Assembly (NCBI GenBank): GCA_938015445.1 | Contig: CALLPE010000011.1 | Location: forward strand, 29,438-93,437 | DNA from: an uncultured Pirellulales bacterium | GTDB taxonomy: Bacteria > Planctomycetota > Planctomycetia > Pirellulales > Thermoguttaceae | Reading direction: 5' to 3' | Length of the DNA: 64,000 nucleotides | Part shown: positions 29,844 to 40,257 of the stretch, one piece after another | Position numbering within the stretch: position 1 is the stretch's first letter | How the letters are laid out: each line of letters starts with the position of its first letter | The notes under the pieces: generated by a model | Told to the model about the DNA's origin: nothing | The model's input: only the letters and a program-made list of their open reading frames with translations | Database searches by the model: none | Made by a program: the position numbers and the translations under genes

Positions 29844-31019
29844 CTATCGCATCTTGGACATGAAGCGCAGGAACTCGCCGTCGAGTTGTTCGATCTTGCC
29901 GAAATGTTCTTCAAACTCCTCGATGCGCTTTTCCGGTCCGTCTTCGATCAAGGGTTTTTTGGCCGAAAGCGCTTTGAGGTAACCCAGGTATTGCTCGGGC
30001 CGTTGACGGAGCAAAAACCAGGTCAAGGCCCAGGCTTCGCCGTAGGCGTCTAGCGCCTTCTTGGGATCGCGGAAGCGGCTATCGTCGGCGATCAGGCTGC
30101 GGAGCGAATCGGGCGGTCGGTTGCGCAGGTACTGGTTGAACTGCTGCAAGCGCGCTTGATTGACCGCTCCCACCCCACGCCAGCCCCGGGCACTGGTCAG
30201 ATCGGGCGTCTCGAAATACATGGCGATCCCTTCGGTGAACCACAGCGGGGAATCGCTGAAGCGGGCATGCATCCCGCTGTTGAAGGCGATTTGATGCACG
30301 GCCTCATGAATGATGGTAGTCACCGTGCGTAGTGCTTCCGGTCGGGAGAGTATCTGGCTGATGGAAGTGGCTGTGCTGGACCGAGAGCTGCCGCGCAAGG
30401 CGGCCTCGGCGCCGGTCAAGTCGTACATCGTCATACGGTTGGTATGCAAGCTGTAATAGCCGATGATCGACTCGGCGGCATCCCCTAGCTCCGCGCGCGA
30501 GAACTTCAAGTACTGCGCCCGCTCAGCGAAGATCACCGCCACCAGGGGAAACTCCGGCTCGCGGAGCGGAAAACCGCGCCGTGACCAGAAGTTGCTGAAG
30601 GTGGCGTAAAGCCGCTCGAACAGCGCGCCGCACCACTGGGCGTAGCCGGACGAAGTGTCGTAGAGGATCAGATAGTGTGCAGTCTGATGGGTGCGGAAGG
30701 TGCCGGGCAACTCGGCCAGCAATTGCTTGCCCAATTGTTCGGCGGAAAGGGGCTGAAAGGGCCGCTCGTCGCTGCTGCGCGCGACTTGCTGTTCCGGAGT
30801 GACCGCCCACAATACGCCGTCGGGGGCCAGCAGCAGCAGACCGCCATCTTGGGCTTCGATCACCAGTCGGCCTTCCACTTCTCGCTGGCGACTGCCGTCG
30901 CGGAAAATTACCCGCTCCACACCCTCCGCCGGAGCAACCACAATCGCGCACAGCAAGGTCGCCAGCAGACTTTTCACCAGTTTCACCTTCCGCAAGTTTT
31001 CTGCAACTATGACCCACAC
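29844..31019 (-). CDS. DUF1570-family protein (Planctomycete-typical) with an HExxH motif.
   Basis: 'IIHEAVHQIAFNSGMH ... WFTEGIAMYFE', paralogous to 58852..60237 ('ILHEAAHQAAFNVGIH ... WLAEGLATMFE'). Confidence 0.7.
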   Translation of the reverse strand: MWVIVAENLRKVKLVKSLLATLLCAIVVAPAEGVERVIFRDGSRQREVEGRLVIEAQDGGLLLLAPDGVLWAVTPEQQVARSSDERPFQPLSAEQLGKQLLAELPGTFRTHQTAHYLILYDTSSGYAQWCGALFERLYATFSNFWSRRGFPLREPEFPLVAVIFAERAQYLKFSRAELGDAAESIIGYYSLHTNRMTMYDLTGAEAALRGSSRSSTATSISQILSRPEALRTVTTIIHEAVHQIAFNSGMHARFSDSPLWFTEGIAMYFETPDLTSARGWRGVGAVNQARLQQFNQYLRNRPPDSLRSLIADDSRFRDPKKALDAYGEAWALTWFLLRQRPEQYLGYLKALSAKKPLIEDGPEKRIEEFEEHFGKIEQLDGEFLRFMSKMR

Positions 31020-31220
31020 GCTAAAGCGTGGCGCGAAAATAGTATAGTTTCACGTTCCGCACTGTTTCTGCAAGTTTCGCCATCGGCAATCGAACACCGC
31101 CGACAGCCTTGTGCTACGGTTGCCAAAGCGGCTGACCAGCCCAACACCGCAACACAGATTTCCAGTCGTATAGTCTCTCGGTTCGTATTGCAGAGGCGCG
31201 TGGCAATTACCGCTATGGGC

Positions 31221-32780
31221 CTAATGTTGGTCCACGTTGTGCAATTGCTGTTCCAATTGATCTGCCTGCCAGGCGATGGCGGAGATTACTCGGCTGACGT
31301 CCAACGCAGTAAGCGCCGCAGCCAACATATTTGCCTGTAGCACCACCAACTCCGTTCCGCCGAAGTTCCGCACCGCAAACGCGCCGTAAAGCAAGCCGGC
31401 GTTGTGGCGCAGCAACAGCGGCGCGTTTTTCTCTTCGTAGGGGCCGCAGATCGACCAGTAAATGACCATGGGGTTGCCAGCCTGATCTTTTTGGCCGAAT
31501 TCGATGCGGACGACCTGCCGGCGCAGCGCGCCGAGCGGGACGGTGACCTGCCACGAGTCGCCATCTTCTAACAAAGCATAGCCCGACGCAGCAGCTACCG
31601 CTCTGACCAGCGCTTTGGGATCGGGCGCCGACATTTCGGCTGGCGGGAACGGTTGACCGGTGCCAGCGGCGGGGGCGCCGGTGGCCACAGTCGGGCCTGT
31701 TCCCAGTGCCCCACCCGTTCCCAGTGGCGCGCCCACTCCCACTGCCGCACCCGTTCCCACTGCCGGGCCTGTGCCCACCGCAGCGCCCCCAAAGGCTGAT
31801 GCGCCCGGTACCGCCGGGCCAGCGCCGGTCGCGGGGGGCGTCGGAGGCATGATCGGCACAGCGGGACCTGCACCTGCCGGGGGTGGGGACGGGGACGGGG
31901 GAGCGACCGGCGCGGGGGCGCCTGCACTAGACATCGCTTGCTGGATCATTGCCGGCATCATCATTCCCAGACCCACTCCCATCCCTGCACCCAATGCGCC
32001 GCTGCCTAGCCCGCCGGCCGCACCTCCCTGTTCGGCCAGTTTGCTGAGGCTCTGCGCCGCCTGGAACTTCAGGTAGGCGTTCAGATCGCCCACGGCGCCC
32101 ATGGCGCTGCGGGCGTCGATGGCCTTTTGGACTTCCTCCGGCGGGGTAATCGCAGTGACGAAGAAATCGACCAGTTGCAGGCCGTACTTGGCGAAGTCCT
32201 CGGCCAGCCGTTGCCGCATGGCGTCGGCCAGCGACTGGTAGCGCGAGGGCATGTCTAACAAGCCGGTGGTCTGCTCGCCCAGCACGTCGTTGAGCCGCGA
32301 GACTATCAGGTCGCGCAGAAAATCGGTCACTTGCTCGGTGGTGTACTTGGCCTGTGTACCCACCACTGTCTCAAATAGTAGCGGCGCGTTGACCAGCCGG
32401 AACGAGTACTTGCCGAAGCTCCGCAGCCGGACCATGCCGAACTGCGGGTCGCGGAACACGATCGGACGCTGCGTGCCCCATTTCTGGTCCAGAAACGTCT
32501 GCTTGCCGAAGAAATACACCTGGGCCTGAAAGGGAGACTTTTCCCAGGGGATGGTCAGCAGACGAGTCAGGATGGGCACATTCAGCGTGGTCAACGTGTA
32601 ACGTCCAGGGCCGAAACGGTCCAGCGCCTTGCCATCGCGGACGAACATGGCCTCCTGGTTTTCCTGCACGATCAGTTGTGCCCCGAACTTGATGTCGGCC
32701 GAGCCTTCCGGCGGAATGCGATGCACCAGCGATCGGTTGTGCTCGTCGAAGAACTGGATTACTTCTAATCGTATGCCCAT
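31221..32780 (-). CDS. SPFH/band-7 domain protein (COG4260 'virion core protein-like') with a Gly/Pro/Ala-rich linker and a YbjN-like C-terminal domain.
   Basis: N-terminus '[13 protein letters not shown] ... [21 protein letters not shown]' is typical of COG4260 SPFH proteins. About 150 aa of low-complexity G/A/P linker. The C-terminus '[17 protein letters not shown] ... VIYWSICGP' resembles YbjN-type domains. The ORF opens at 32831; the start was chosen at the MGIRLE methionine. Confidence 0.72.
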   Translation of the reverse strand: MGIRLEVIQFFDEHNRSLVHRIPPEGSADIKFGAQLIVQENQEAMFVRDGKALDRFGPGRYTLTTLNVPILTRLLTIPWEKSPFQAQVYFFGKQTFLDQKWGTQRPIVFRDPQFGMVRLRSFGKYSFRLVNAPLLFETVVGTQAKYTTEQVTDFLRDLIVSRLNDVLGEQTTGLLDMPSRYQSLADAMRQRLAEDFAKYGLQLVDFFVTAITPPEEVQKAIDARSAMGAVGDLNAYLKFQAAQSLSKLAEQGGAAGGLGSGALGAGMGVGLGMMMPAMIQQAMSSAGAPAPVAPPSPSPPPAGAGPAVPIMPPTPPATGAGPAVPGASAFGGAAVGTGPAVGTGAAVGVGAPLGTGGALGTGPTVATGAPAAGTGQPFPPAEMSAPDPKALVRAVAAASGYALLEDGDSWQVTVPLGALRRQVVRIEFGQKDQAGNPMVIYWSICGPYEEKNAPLLLRHNAGLLYGAFAVRNFGGTELVVLQANMLAAALTALDVSRVISAIAWQADQLEQQLHNVDQH

Positions 32781-33084
32781 ACTGCACCTACGATGGTAGC
32801 GGTTGCCTCTCGTGCGATTCCCCGAACACACTCTGCCGGATAGCGCTGGCCGATGACGCGCAACAGTCGGGACTGCCTGCCGAGCATAACCAGACCGCCT
32901 GGCAAGAACAAAGCCCGCCGGCGATACAAGTTCCTCTTGATGTTTGTCTGGACCGATGCAGTTGGCCAGGAGTTGAAATACCCGCAGTTACCGCAGCTCG
33001 GCCATGTCTTGTGTTCGCACCCCTGCCCTGTTTGGCCGGCAATTTCGCCTTGCTCCGACGCACGCCCAGCGGACCGCGGCTATT

Positions 33085-33525
33085 CTACCCGCGAATGTAA
33101 TCCTTCATGAAGCGGTTCTCTACAGCCAGCAAGGCGTGTTGCGCTTTAACCACGTCGCCGATGGAGACCAGGCCTACCAGTTTTCCTTGGTCGATGACGG
33201 GCAAGTGACGGATTCGCTTGGTAGTCATCAGCCCCATGATCTGTTCGACCGAGTCGCTGGGCGAACCGGTAATGACCGGCGACGACATCACCTCGGTAAC
33301 TTTGGTAGCGTGCAGATCGACCTTGGGCCGGGCACAGTAGTAGAGGATGTCGCGTTCGGTGACGATTCCCTGTAGTTGCAATTGGCCCTGGTCATCCTGG
33401 GTGCAAACCAGCAGTGCTCCGACCTTGTGTTCGACGAGCTTGTGTGCCACTTCAGCCAAAGTGGCCTGCGGCCCGATCCAATACACCGCGCTGCCCTTGG
33501 CAGCAAGAATGTCTTGCAGAGTCAT
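33085..33525 (-). CDS. CBS-domain pair protein.
   Basis: Two CBS motifs ('KVGALLV ... GIVTERDIL', 'IRHLPVIDQGKLVGLVSIGDVV'). The ATG at 33525 is preferred over the TTG at 33546. Confidence 0.8.
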   Translation of the reverse strand: MTLQDILAAKGSAVYWIGPQATLAEVAHKLVEHKVGALLVCTQDDQGQLQLQGIVTERDILYYCARPKVDLHATKVTEVMSSPVITGSPSDSVEQIMGLMTTKRIRHLPVIDQGKLVGLVSIGDVVKAQHALLAVENRFMKDYIRG

Positions 33526-34053
33526 ATCGCCAACCCTAAACAGCAATGAACCACCTGGCCGCCTCCCGGATTACTTGAGAGAACCTAACGGGAGGGAACG
33601 ACCATTGCACCCCCCTTCTGACTGCTCGCCCCGCATCGCCAAGTTTTGTTCCCAAAAGCGTATCTTTAGCAGCCAACGTATTTTAGGTTAGCACCCAAAA
33701 TGGTCAAGCGCTGCTTCGCCCTTGCGGCAATCAAAATCGGAATACAACCACATATTACCCACAAGTACCGGCCGGTCACGTTGCACAGAACAATCCACTG
33801 TCGCGTTACGCAGCCGAGCGGGGGTTTTTCTGGGGCAGGCTGGCTGTTGCCTTCGGGGCGACCACGATTTATCTTGGTATCCTGATTGATGTTTTGCTAT
33901 CCCGCGTGACATAGGTTCATTTTCGTGTCCCCCATCGATGTCGGCAACCCGATTGACATTCGGCAGTGATGGGGTGTTACGGTAATCTATGGAGAGGACC
34001 TATCGGCGAAGGAACGATCTTCGAGAGAAATCATTACTGAGGAAGAACGATTA

Positions 34054-35124
34054 ATGAACTTGGCTGTCGAGACGTTGGCAGTAGTGTTGACGGGGTGTTC
34101 GTTGTTGGCAAGTTCGGCTGTCTGGGCCGCCGACAAACCGGATGAAAAATATCGTCCGCGGCTGCTGCTTTCGCTCCCCGAGCAGTACAACACGCCCGAC
34201 GGCATGGCACTGTGCCCGAAGACGAACAACATCTTCCTGTCCTGCCCGAATTTCAACAACAAAGAGCATCCGGGGGCGATTCTGAAAATCACTCCCGAGA
34301 ACAAATGGGAATTGTTCTGCTTGATGCCCAAGCACCCAGACACCGGTTACGGTTGTCCGATGGGATTGGCCTTTGGGCCGGACGGCAACTTGTACGTAGC
34401 CGACAACCAGTACTTTTACGACAAGAATTACAAGTCGCGCCTAGTGCGTATAAACATCAAGGACGGCAAAGCGGTAGGAGCGGAGGTGGTAGTCGAGGGC
34501 TTCAAGCTGGCCAACGCCGTGATTTGGCGTGGCAACGAGGTATTCGTAAGCGACACATTCTTCGACTTGCCCGACCGACCCGGCGCAAGCGGCGTGTATC
34601 GCTTCCGGCTCGACGAGTTGGACAAGTGCGTACGGTTGCAACCGGCTCCTCACGACCCGCATCTGATCGCCCAATGCCAGACCGGCCCCAACAAGCGCAA
34701 TGAGATGGCCGGGGCCGACGGCTTGGCTTTCGACCACGAGGGCAACCTTTACACGGGCAACTTCGGCGACGGGACGATGTTCAAAATCAGCTTCGACGCC
34801 CAGGGCAAAGCCACCACGAAGATATTCGTGCGCGATCCGAAGCTTACCTGCGTGGACGGATTGTTTTTCGATCCGGTGGCCAAGGTGATTTACGTGGCCG
34901 ACTCTGAACGCAACGCCATCCAGGTGGTCACCCTCGACGGCAAAGTCAGCGTTTTATGGGAAAATGACGACACCGACGGCTCGGATGGCCTGCTCGATCA
35001 ACCATGCGAAGTGTTGCTCCGCGGTGGCGAAATGATCATCGCCAATTTCGACATGCCGTTGCCAGGGCTGAAAAACACCAAGTTCGACAAGCCATACACT
35101 TTGTCGGTTATCAAACTTCGATAG
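34054..35124 (+). CDS. Secreted SMP-30/gluconolactonase/NHL-type six-bladed beta-propeller protein.
   Basis: SD 'GAGGAAG', signal peptide. Repeated 'G.AF..DGNLYV.D / ADGLAFDHEGNLYTGNFGDG' blades. Confidence 0.68.
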   Translation: MNLAVETLAVVLTGCSLLASSAVWAADKPDEKYRPRLLLSLPEQYNTPDGMALCPKTNNIFLSCPNFNNKEHPGAILKITPENKWELFCLMPKHPDTGYGCPMGLAFGPDGNLYVADNQYFYDKNYKSRLVRINIKDGKAVGAEVVVEGFKLANAVIWRGNEVFVSDTFFDLPDRPGASGVYRFRLDELDKCVRLQPAPHDPHLIAQCQTGPNKRNEMAGADGLAFDHEGNLYTGNFGDGTMFKISFDAQGKATTKIFVRDPKLTCVDGLFFDPVAKVIYVADSERNAIQVVTLDGKVSVLWENDDTDGSDGLLDQPCEVLLRGGEMIIANFDMPLPGLKNTKFDKPYTLSVIKLR

Positions 35125-35306
35125 CATGCAGGGCACGGTTCGCGTCCGAGGCGGCGGTAATCGTCGCAACCTCCGGCGACAAGCGTGGACCGATTTACAC
35201 AAGTTGGCGGGCGCCGGCGGTGCGTGTGCATATTGCTGGGGCGAATTGTCGGGTGTTACTGTCCGACTAACCACGGCGCAGGACCATCTCACCAAGGCGC
35301 TGTACC

Positions 35307-36143
35307 ATGAAGTTTGCTATCTGCAACGAAACCTTTCAGGACTGGCCGCTGGAAAGAGCATTCGCGTTCGCTGCGGAGTGCGGGTACACGGGCATCGAGA
35401 TCGCGCCATTTACGATCGCCCAATACGCCACCGAAATCACTCCCGCCCAACGCGCCGAGGTTCGGCAACAAGCCGAGGCTGCGGGCCTGGAAGTGGTTGG
35501 GCTGCACTGGCTGTTGGCCAAGACCGAGGGCTTCTACCTGACCAGCCCCGACGCAGAAGTTCGTCGCCGAACCGCCGAATATTTCGGCCATTTGGCCGAT
35601 CTGTGCGTCGAACTGGGGGGTAAGGTAATGGTGCTCGGCTCGCCGCAGCAGCGGAATCTGCTGCCTGGCGTGACGCTGGAACAAGCCACAGATTACGCTA
35701 TCGATGTGATAACCCGCTTTATTCCCGCCTTGGAACGCAACGCGGTCGTGCTGGCCGTCGAGCCGCTTGGCCCACTGGAGGGTAACTTTCTGGTAACGAC
35801 CGAGGAGGGTGTGGACCTGGTCACTCGCATCGGCTCGCCCCATGTGCGGCTACACTTGGATTGCAAGGCCATGGCCACCGAAATAACCCCCATCCCCCAA
35901 TTGATCGAGCGCTATCACGCATTGTTGGCCCATTTCCACGCCAACGATGCCAACCGGCAAGGGCCAGGATTCGGCGAGCTGGATTTCGTGCCCATACTAG
36001 CTGCACTGCGCCGCGTGGGATACAATGGCTGGGTGTCGGTAGAGGTTTTCGATTACAGTCCGGGGGTGGAGCGACTGGCCCGGGAAAGTATCGCCTACCT
36101 GCAAGAATGTCTGGCTCGGCTGGAAAATCGGCCTGACGACTGA
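35307..36143 (+). CDS. Sugar phosphate isomerase/epimerase (xylose-isomerase-like TIM barrel).
   Basis: 'MKFAICNETFQDWPLERAFAFAAECGYTGIEIAPF', 'VVGLHWLL' and 'HFHANDANRQGPGFGELDF', characteristic of AP-endonuclease-2/XylA-like TIM proteins. Confidence 0.85.
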   Translation: MKFAICNETFQDWPLERAFAFAAECGYTGIEIAPFTIAQYATEITPAQRAEVRQQAEAAGLEVVGLHWLLAKTEGFYLTSPDAEVRRRTAEYFGHLADLCVELGGKVMVLGSPQQRNLLPGVTLEQATDYAIDVITRFIPALERNAVVLAVEPLGPLEGNFLVTTEEGVDLVTRIGSPHVRLHLDCKAMATEITPIPQLIERYHALLAHFHANDANRQGPGFGELDFVPILAALRRVGYNGWVSVEVFDYSPGVERLARESIAYLQECLARLENRPDD

Positions 36144-36952
36144 TGCCCGGTAGGGCGCCGACGACTTTCGGTTTTCGATGCGCCTGCTGCCGAATAGCCG
36201 CGGGCCGATTGCGAATTGCACGTAGCGGGGCTTTGGCACATATCTATATTCAATCTGATAGCGCGCGCCGCTTAAGTGGTGCACGCCGCTGCTGCCATTT
36301 TGGCAGTTAATACCTCGCCAACAGATCGCTTGCCACCGCCCAGCGTGGTAGCAATTTGGCCACTGGCGGCCGCCAAACCCAAGTGCTTTGCAACGATTGC
36401 AAATCGCTTGGAACTTTTTCCATCGTTCGGCAGCGCGGTACTTTCAAGCAGTAAAAAGGGTTACGAGCGATACCATCGGCACAAATACCAGTCGGAGCAA
36501 CAGTTGCGTATCTGGACTTTTGTTCATATAAACTGCCTGTGAGGTTTTTCCAGCATTGGCACGTGGGTTGCATGGGTAATCCGCCAACAACGCGATAACG
36601 AACAACATGTAATAGCGCGGTTCGCTGGTTTTTTGGGAATAGCTGACACGCTTGGCGGCGTCTAAATAGGGGACTTAGGCTGCTCGTAGATCGGGTGGTA
36701 CCAATCTGGCAACGGCTGGAACCGTCGGCACGGCCACCTGGCCGCGACTCGCAAGCCTCTGAAGCACAACAGATTGCACAATAGACCGCCAACACTCGTA
36801 CAAGCAGCCAGCAAACTACCGCCGCGTGCTGTTAAAACGTGCTGTTAATAAGTAAACAAAATCATAAAAGTAGCGAATAAATCACTAGATGCAGGAGTAG
36901 TAAGGGTTTAAACCTTAGAGAAGACAAAATAGGAGGAGGCCAACTGCTGGAG

Positions 36953-37654
36953 TTGACGTCCTACGGGCGGGTCGTTCCGCCGAACAAATCACAGTTGGAT
37001 TGCGTAGCAAAAATGAACGGCACGATGGAACAAATCAGGCCCCGTGTTGCAGGATCAACCACGCGGGCCGACTGGACGGATGAAAAACTCCTGTTGGAGT
37101 ACCGCCGCACGCGGGATAAACTGGCGTTTCAGGAGCTGGTGCGACGGTACGAACGGGAGCTTTACGGCTACTTGCGACATTATTTGGGCGACGACCAAGA
37201 CGCCGAGGACGTATTCCAGCAGACCTTTCTGGCAGTCCACACGAAGTGTGGCCAGTTCGAGCCGGGGCGCATGGTCCGGCCCTGGCTGTACGCCGTGGCC
37301 ACGAACCAAGCTATCGACTATCAGCGTCGCAACCGCAAGTTCCACAGCACAAGTCTGGACCGCCAAACATCTACCAACAGCGGAGAAGGCAACCAAGCGT
37401 TAGGCTCTTTGCTGGATAGTTCTCATCCGTCGCCAGAAGCCGAAGCACAAGCGGCTGAAGAAGAGTTGATGGTACGTCGGGCGATCGACAAACTGCCTGA
37501 GGAAACCCGACAGTTGATCCTGCTGGTATATTTTCAGGGACTGAAGTATCGGGAAGCCGCCGAAGTATTAGGCATCCCGGTGGGGACCGTGAAGAGCCGG
37601 CTGCACGCCGCCATCGAAAAGCTCCACGATACGCTATCCCGCCATAGGTCATGA
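36953..37654 (+). CDS. ECF (sigma-70 group 4) RNA polymerase sigma factor.
   Basis: Region 2 'FQELVRRYERELYGYLRHYLGDDQDAEDVFQQTFLAVH', region 4 'YREAAEVLGIPVGTVKSRLHAAIEKL'. TTG start 13 nt after 'AGGAGGAGG'. Alternative ATG at 37013. Confidence 0.85.
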   Translation: MTSYGRVVPPNKSQLDCVAKMNGTMEQIRPRVAGSTTRADWTDEKLLLEYRRTRDKLAFQELVRRYERELYGYLRHYLGDDQDAEDVFQQTFLAVHTKCGQFEPGRMVRPWLYAVATNQAIDYQRRNRKFHSTSLDRQTSTNSGEGNQALGSLLDSSHPSPEAEAQAAEEELMVRRAIDKLPEETRQLILLVYFQGLKYREAAEVLGIPVGTVKSRLHAAIEKLHDTLSRHRS

Positions 37655-38634
37655 TTAACATTACAGGCGAGCAATTGCTCGGGCATTTACTCGGGGCGTT
37701 GGACGAGTCCGAGCACGACGCGGTGGAGGCGCGTCTGCAACAAGAGCCTCTGTTGCGCGAGCGGCTGGACGCTTTGCAGCGTCAGTTGGAACCCTTAAGT
37801 CGGTTGCAACGGACCCATAACCCGCCGCCAGGTTTGGCTGAACGCACCTGCCGGCTGGTGTTCGCCTATGCTGATAAGGCTGCTGCCAAAGTGCCGGTGG
37901 AGAATTGTGCTCCGGCGGTACCTTCCGGCTGGCCACTTTCCATTAGCGATGTGGCGGTTATTGCCACCGTGCTAGTGGCGGCCGTGGTCGTGCTATTGCC
38001 GGTAATACAGCACACTCGGTTCCGAGCGCAAGTAGTTGCTTGCCAGGAGAACCTGCGCTCGTTAGGGGCTGCGCTGACGCAATACAGCGACCGTCACGAC
38101 CAGTTCTTTCCTCGCATACCCACAAAAGGCCGTCTGGCAGCGGCCGGCATCTACGCTCCTACCTTGGCACAGGGAAATTACCTTTCTGATGCTATGCACG
38201 TGTTGTGTCCGGGGTCGCCGCAGGGCGCTAAACCCGACTTCCGTATCCCGTCGCTTACCGAGCTATTGACTGCCAGCAACGAACAGTTGCCGGTAATGCG
38301 ATCTACGATGGGCGGAAGCTACGCGTATGCCCTGGGCTTCTTTTCTGGCGGGACGTATCGAGATAACAGGAATCGCAACCGCAGTCACTTCGCCGTGCTG
38401 GCCGACGCCCCCGACCCGCTCAACCCCGGTTGCATCGGTCCGAACCACGGCGGGATAGGGCACAATGTGCTTTTCGAGGATGGGCGGGTCGAGTTCCTCA
38501 CCACGGCGGTTCTGCCAAGCGGAGACCATCTGTTTCTTAACGCGCATCAGCAGGTGTGCGCCGGGGCCGACGAGAACGACTGCGTTCTCGCCCCCAGCGA
38601 TGTGGCGCCGCTACCCAGCTCGCTGCTCCATTAG
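37651..38634 (+). CDS. Putative anti-sigma factor: N-terminal cytoplasmic anti-sigma-like helix, a single TM segment, and a periplasmic DUF1559-like domain.
   Basis: The ATGA overlap with the sigma gene indicates coupling. N-terminus 'LLGHLLGALDESEHDAVEARL'. TM 'VAVIATVLVAAVVVLLPVI'. C-terminus 'GIGHNVLFEDGRVEFL' matches the DUF1559 'NVLFADGSV' signature. Confidence 0.7.
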   Translation: MINITGEQLLGHLLGALDESEHDAVEARLQQEPLLRERLDALQRQLEPLSRLQRTHNPPPGLAERTCRLVFAYADKAAAKVPVENCAPAVPSGWPLSISDVAVIATVLVAAVVVLLPVIQHTRFRAQVVACQENLRSLGAALTQYSDRHDQFFPRIPTKGRLAAAGIYAPTLAQGNYLSDAMHVLCPGSPQGAKPDFRIPSLTELLTASNEQLPVMRSTMGGSYAYALGFFSGGTYRDNRNRNRSHFAVLADAPDPLNPGCIGPNHGGIGHNVLFEDGRVEFLTTAVLPSGDHLFLNAHQQVCAGADENDCVLAPSDVAPLPSSLLH

Positions 38635-38892
38635 CCTGCTGTGGCAGCCCTTAAAGACCTCGTTGGGCGGCCGATGCACTCTGTGCGCTTGTACCCAATT
38701 GAGATACTTCCGGCGGAGGCATCCGCAGAAGCTCTTTAAGCATCCGGTACCCGCTGCGAGAAAACGGCTGCTGTCTTGAGCGACGCGCTGCACGCAGCAG
38801 TCGTTGTAGTCTAAGCGCTCAAAGCCAACATGCTCAACGTCAAACACTCGCCGGGAAGATTCTCACGGCTTAGATGCTCAGCGCCGAGCTGC

Positions 38893-40245
38893 TCAGCGCA
38901 ACAAGCGCTTGTCGGCAGGCGACCGCGCCGGAACCGATGGTTGGTGGGGATTCGCTTCAGCACGCTGTCCCAGCGGCAAACGGGACACCAACCACGCCGA
39001 CGCTGGGGTTGCCGGCACCTGTTCGGCGGCGCCCGGCGCCAGTAGCTGGACGAGTCGGACGACGGGTTGAGGCTGCACGAGCGGCTCGCCTAGCATACAT
39101 CGCCGATCGACGGCCAGTACTACGCCTCTTTCGGGCAGCGTGCATCGTCCTTGCAAGTGCATCCCGGCGTCACTCAGATGGATGGCAAAGGCTAATTGGT
39201 CGTAGCGCAGCAATTCTGTTGTCGTGATGTCGGCGGTGCCGCGCGTCAGAGCCAATCGCTCTGCGGCTGCTTCGATTAGCCGAAGACTCACTATCCCCGG
39301 GCCGCCTTGCACCACGCCCGACGCTTCCTCCAACCGGCCGTTTGCGATTCGGGCGTACTGTACCCATACGTCGGCAGTGCCGGCTAGCTTATAGCTACCG
39401 AGTTCAGCCGCCAGCGCGCCGAGATCGACGCCTGCCAATTGGCCGGCCAGTTCGCCGCGGCAGCCTTCTGGCGCACTTTGCTGCGCCGGCCAGCGCAGCC
39501 AGAACCTTCCGCGGAACGTTGCGTGAGGTCCCAACGCTTGCAGCCCCGGAACAACCGCCGCAAGCATCTGGCAAGAGATTGCAGCATCGCCGGTGTCCAG
39601 CTCGAATTGCTCGGCGATCGCGGTTTCCCGGCGGTCACGCAACCAACGCATCCGCACCGGATGCGAGCCGTCGGCACCGGCCAGCCGGAAGGAAACCGCC
39701 GCCACGCCGACAGCCGGCGTGCTTTCGGTGCCGCAATGCACTTCGCCAAGCTGGTATGACTCGGCCCCGAATTGCAGCCTGGCCGTGGCGGCCGAAATCC
39801 GCACGTCTGCGTCGCGCACCGCGGGGTCGGCGACCAGCGCTCGGGCGACGATCGACCACAGCCGCTGGATGCCGCGGCAGTCCACTCGAGGCTCGGCGGC
39901 AATCACCACCGCTACCGATTTCTGCTGGCCGTCGGCGGTGGACAATTTCCGCCACTGCAATTCCAGTCGGCGGCACTGAAGCAACGCCCGGCCAGTTTCC
40001 GGATCGGACAGTTCTAGACCTTCATACACCACTACTCCCGGCCGCGGGTGACGCACCGCATCGAGTTGTACCAACACGCCCAGGCGCTCGGCCAGCCGAT
40101 GGGCTTCTCGTTGTGCGGCGCCGGGCCAGTTGCGCACAAGGCACCATCCAGCCGTAAGCAAAGTAGGCAGCACACACAGCGTGCCGAATGCGCCGCATAG
40201 CAGTCGCCGCCGGGTTTCTAAGGTTTTGAACGATAGCACGGGCAA
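38893..40245 (-). CDS. Hypothetical membrane-anchored protein.
   Basis: N-terminal TM 'LLCGAFGTLCVLPTLLTAGWCLV', long coding-like ORF, no recognised domain. Confidence 0.55.
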   Translation of the reverse strand: MPVLSFKTLETRRRLLCGAFGTLCVLPTLLTAGWCLVRNWPGAAQREAHRLAERLGVLVQLDAVRHPRPGVVVYEGLELSDPETGRALLQCRRLELQWRKLSTADGQQKSVAVVIAAEPRVDCRGIQRLWSIVARALVADPAVRDADVRISAATARLQFGAESYQLGEVHCGTESTPAVGVAAVSFRLAGADGSHPVRMRWLRDRRETAIAEQFELDTGDAAISCQMLAAVVPGLQALGPHATFRGRFWLRWPAQQSAPEGCRGELAGQLAGVDLGALAAELGSYKLAGTADVWVQYARIANGRLEEASGVVQGGPGIVSLRLIEAAAERLALTRGTADITTTELLRYDQLAFAIHLSDAGMHLQGRCTLPERGVVLAVDRRCMLGEPLVQPQPVVRLVQLLAPGAAEQVPATPASAWLVSRLPLGQRAEANPHQPSVPARSPADKRLLR

Positions 40246-40257
40246 TCCGTTGCTGGT

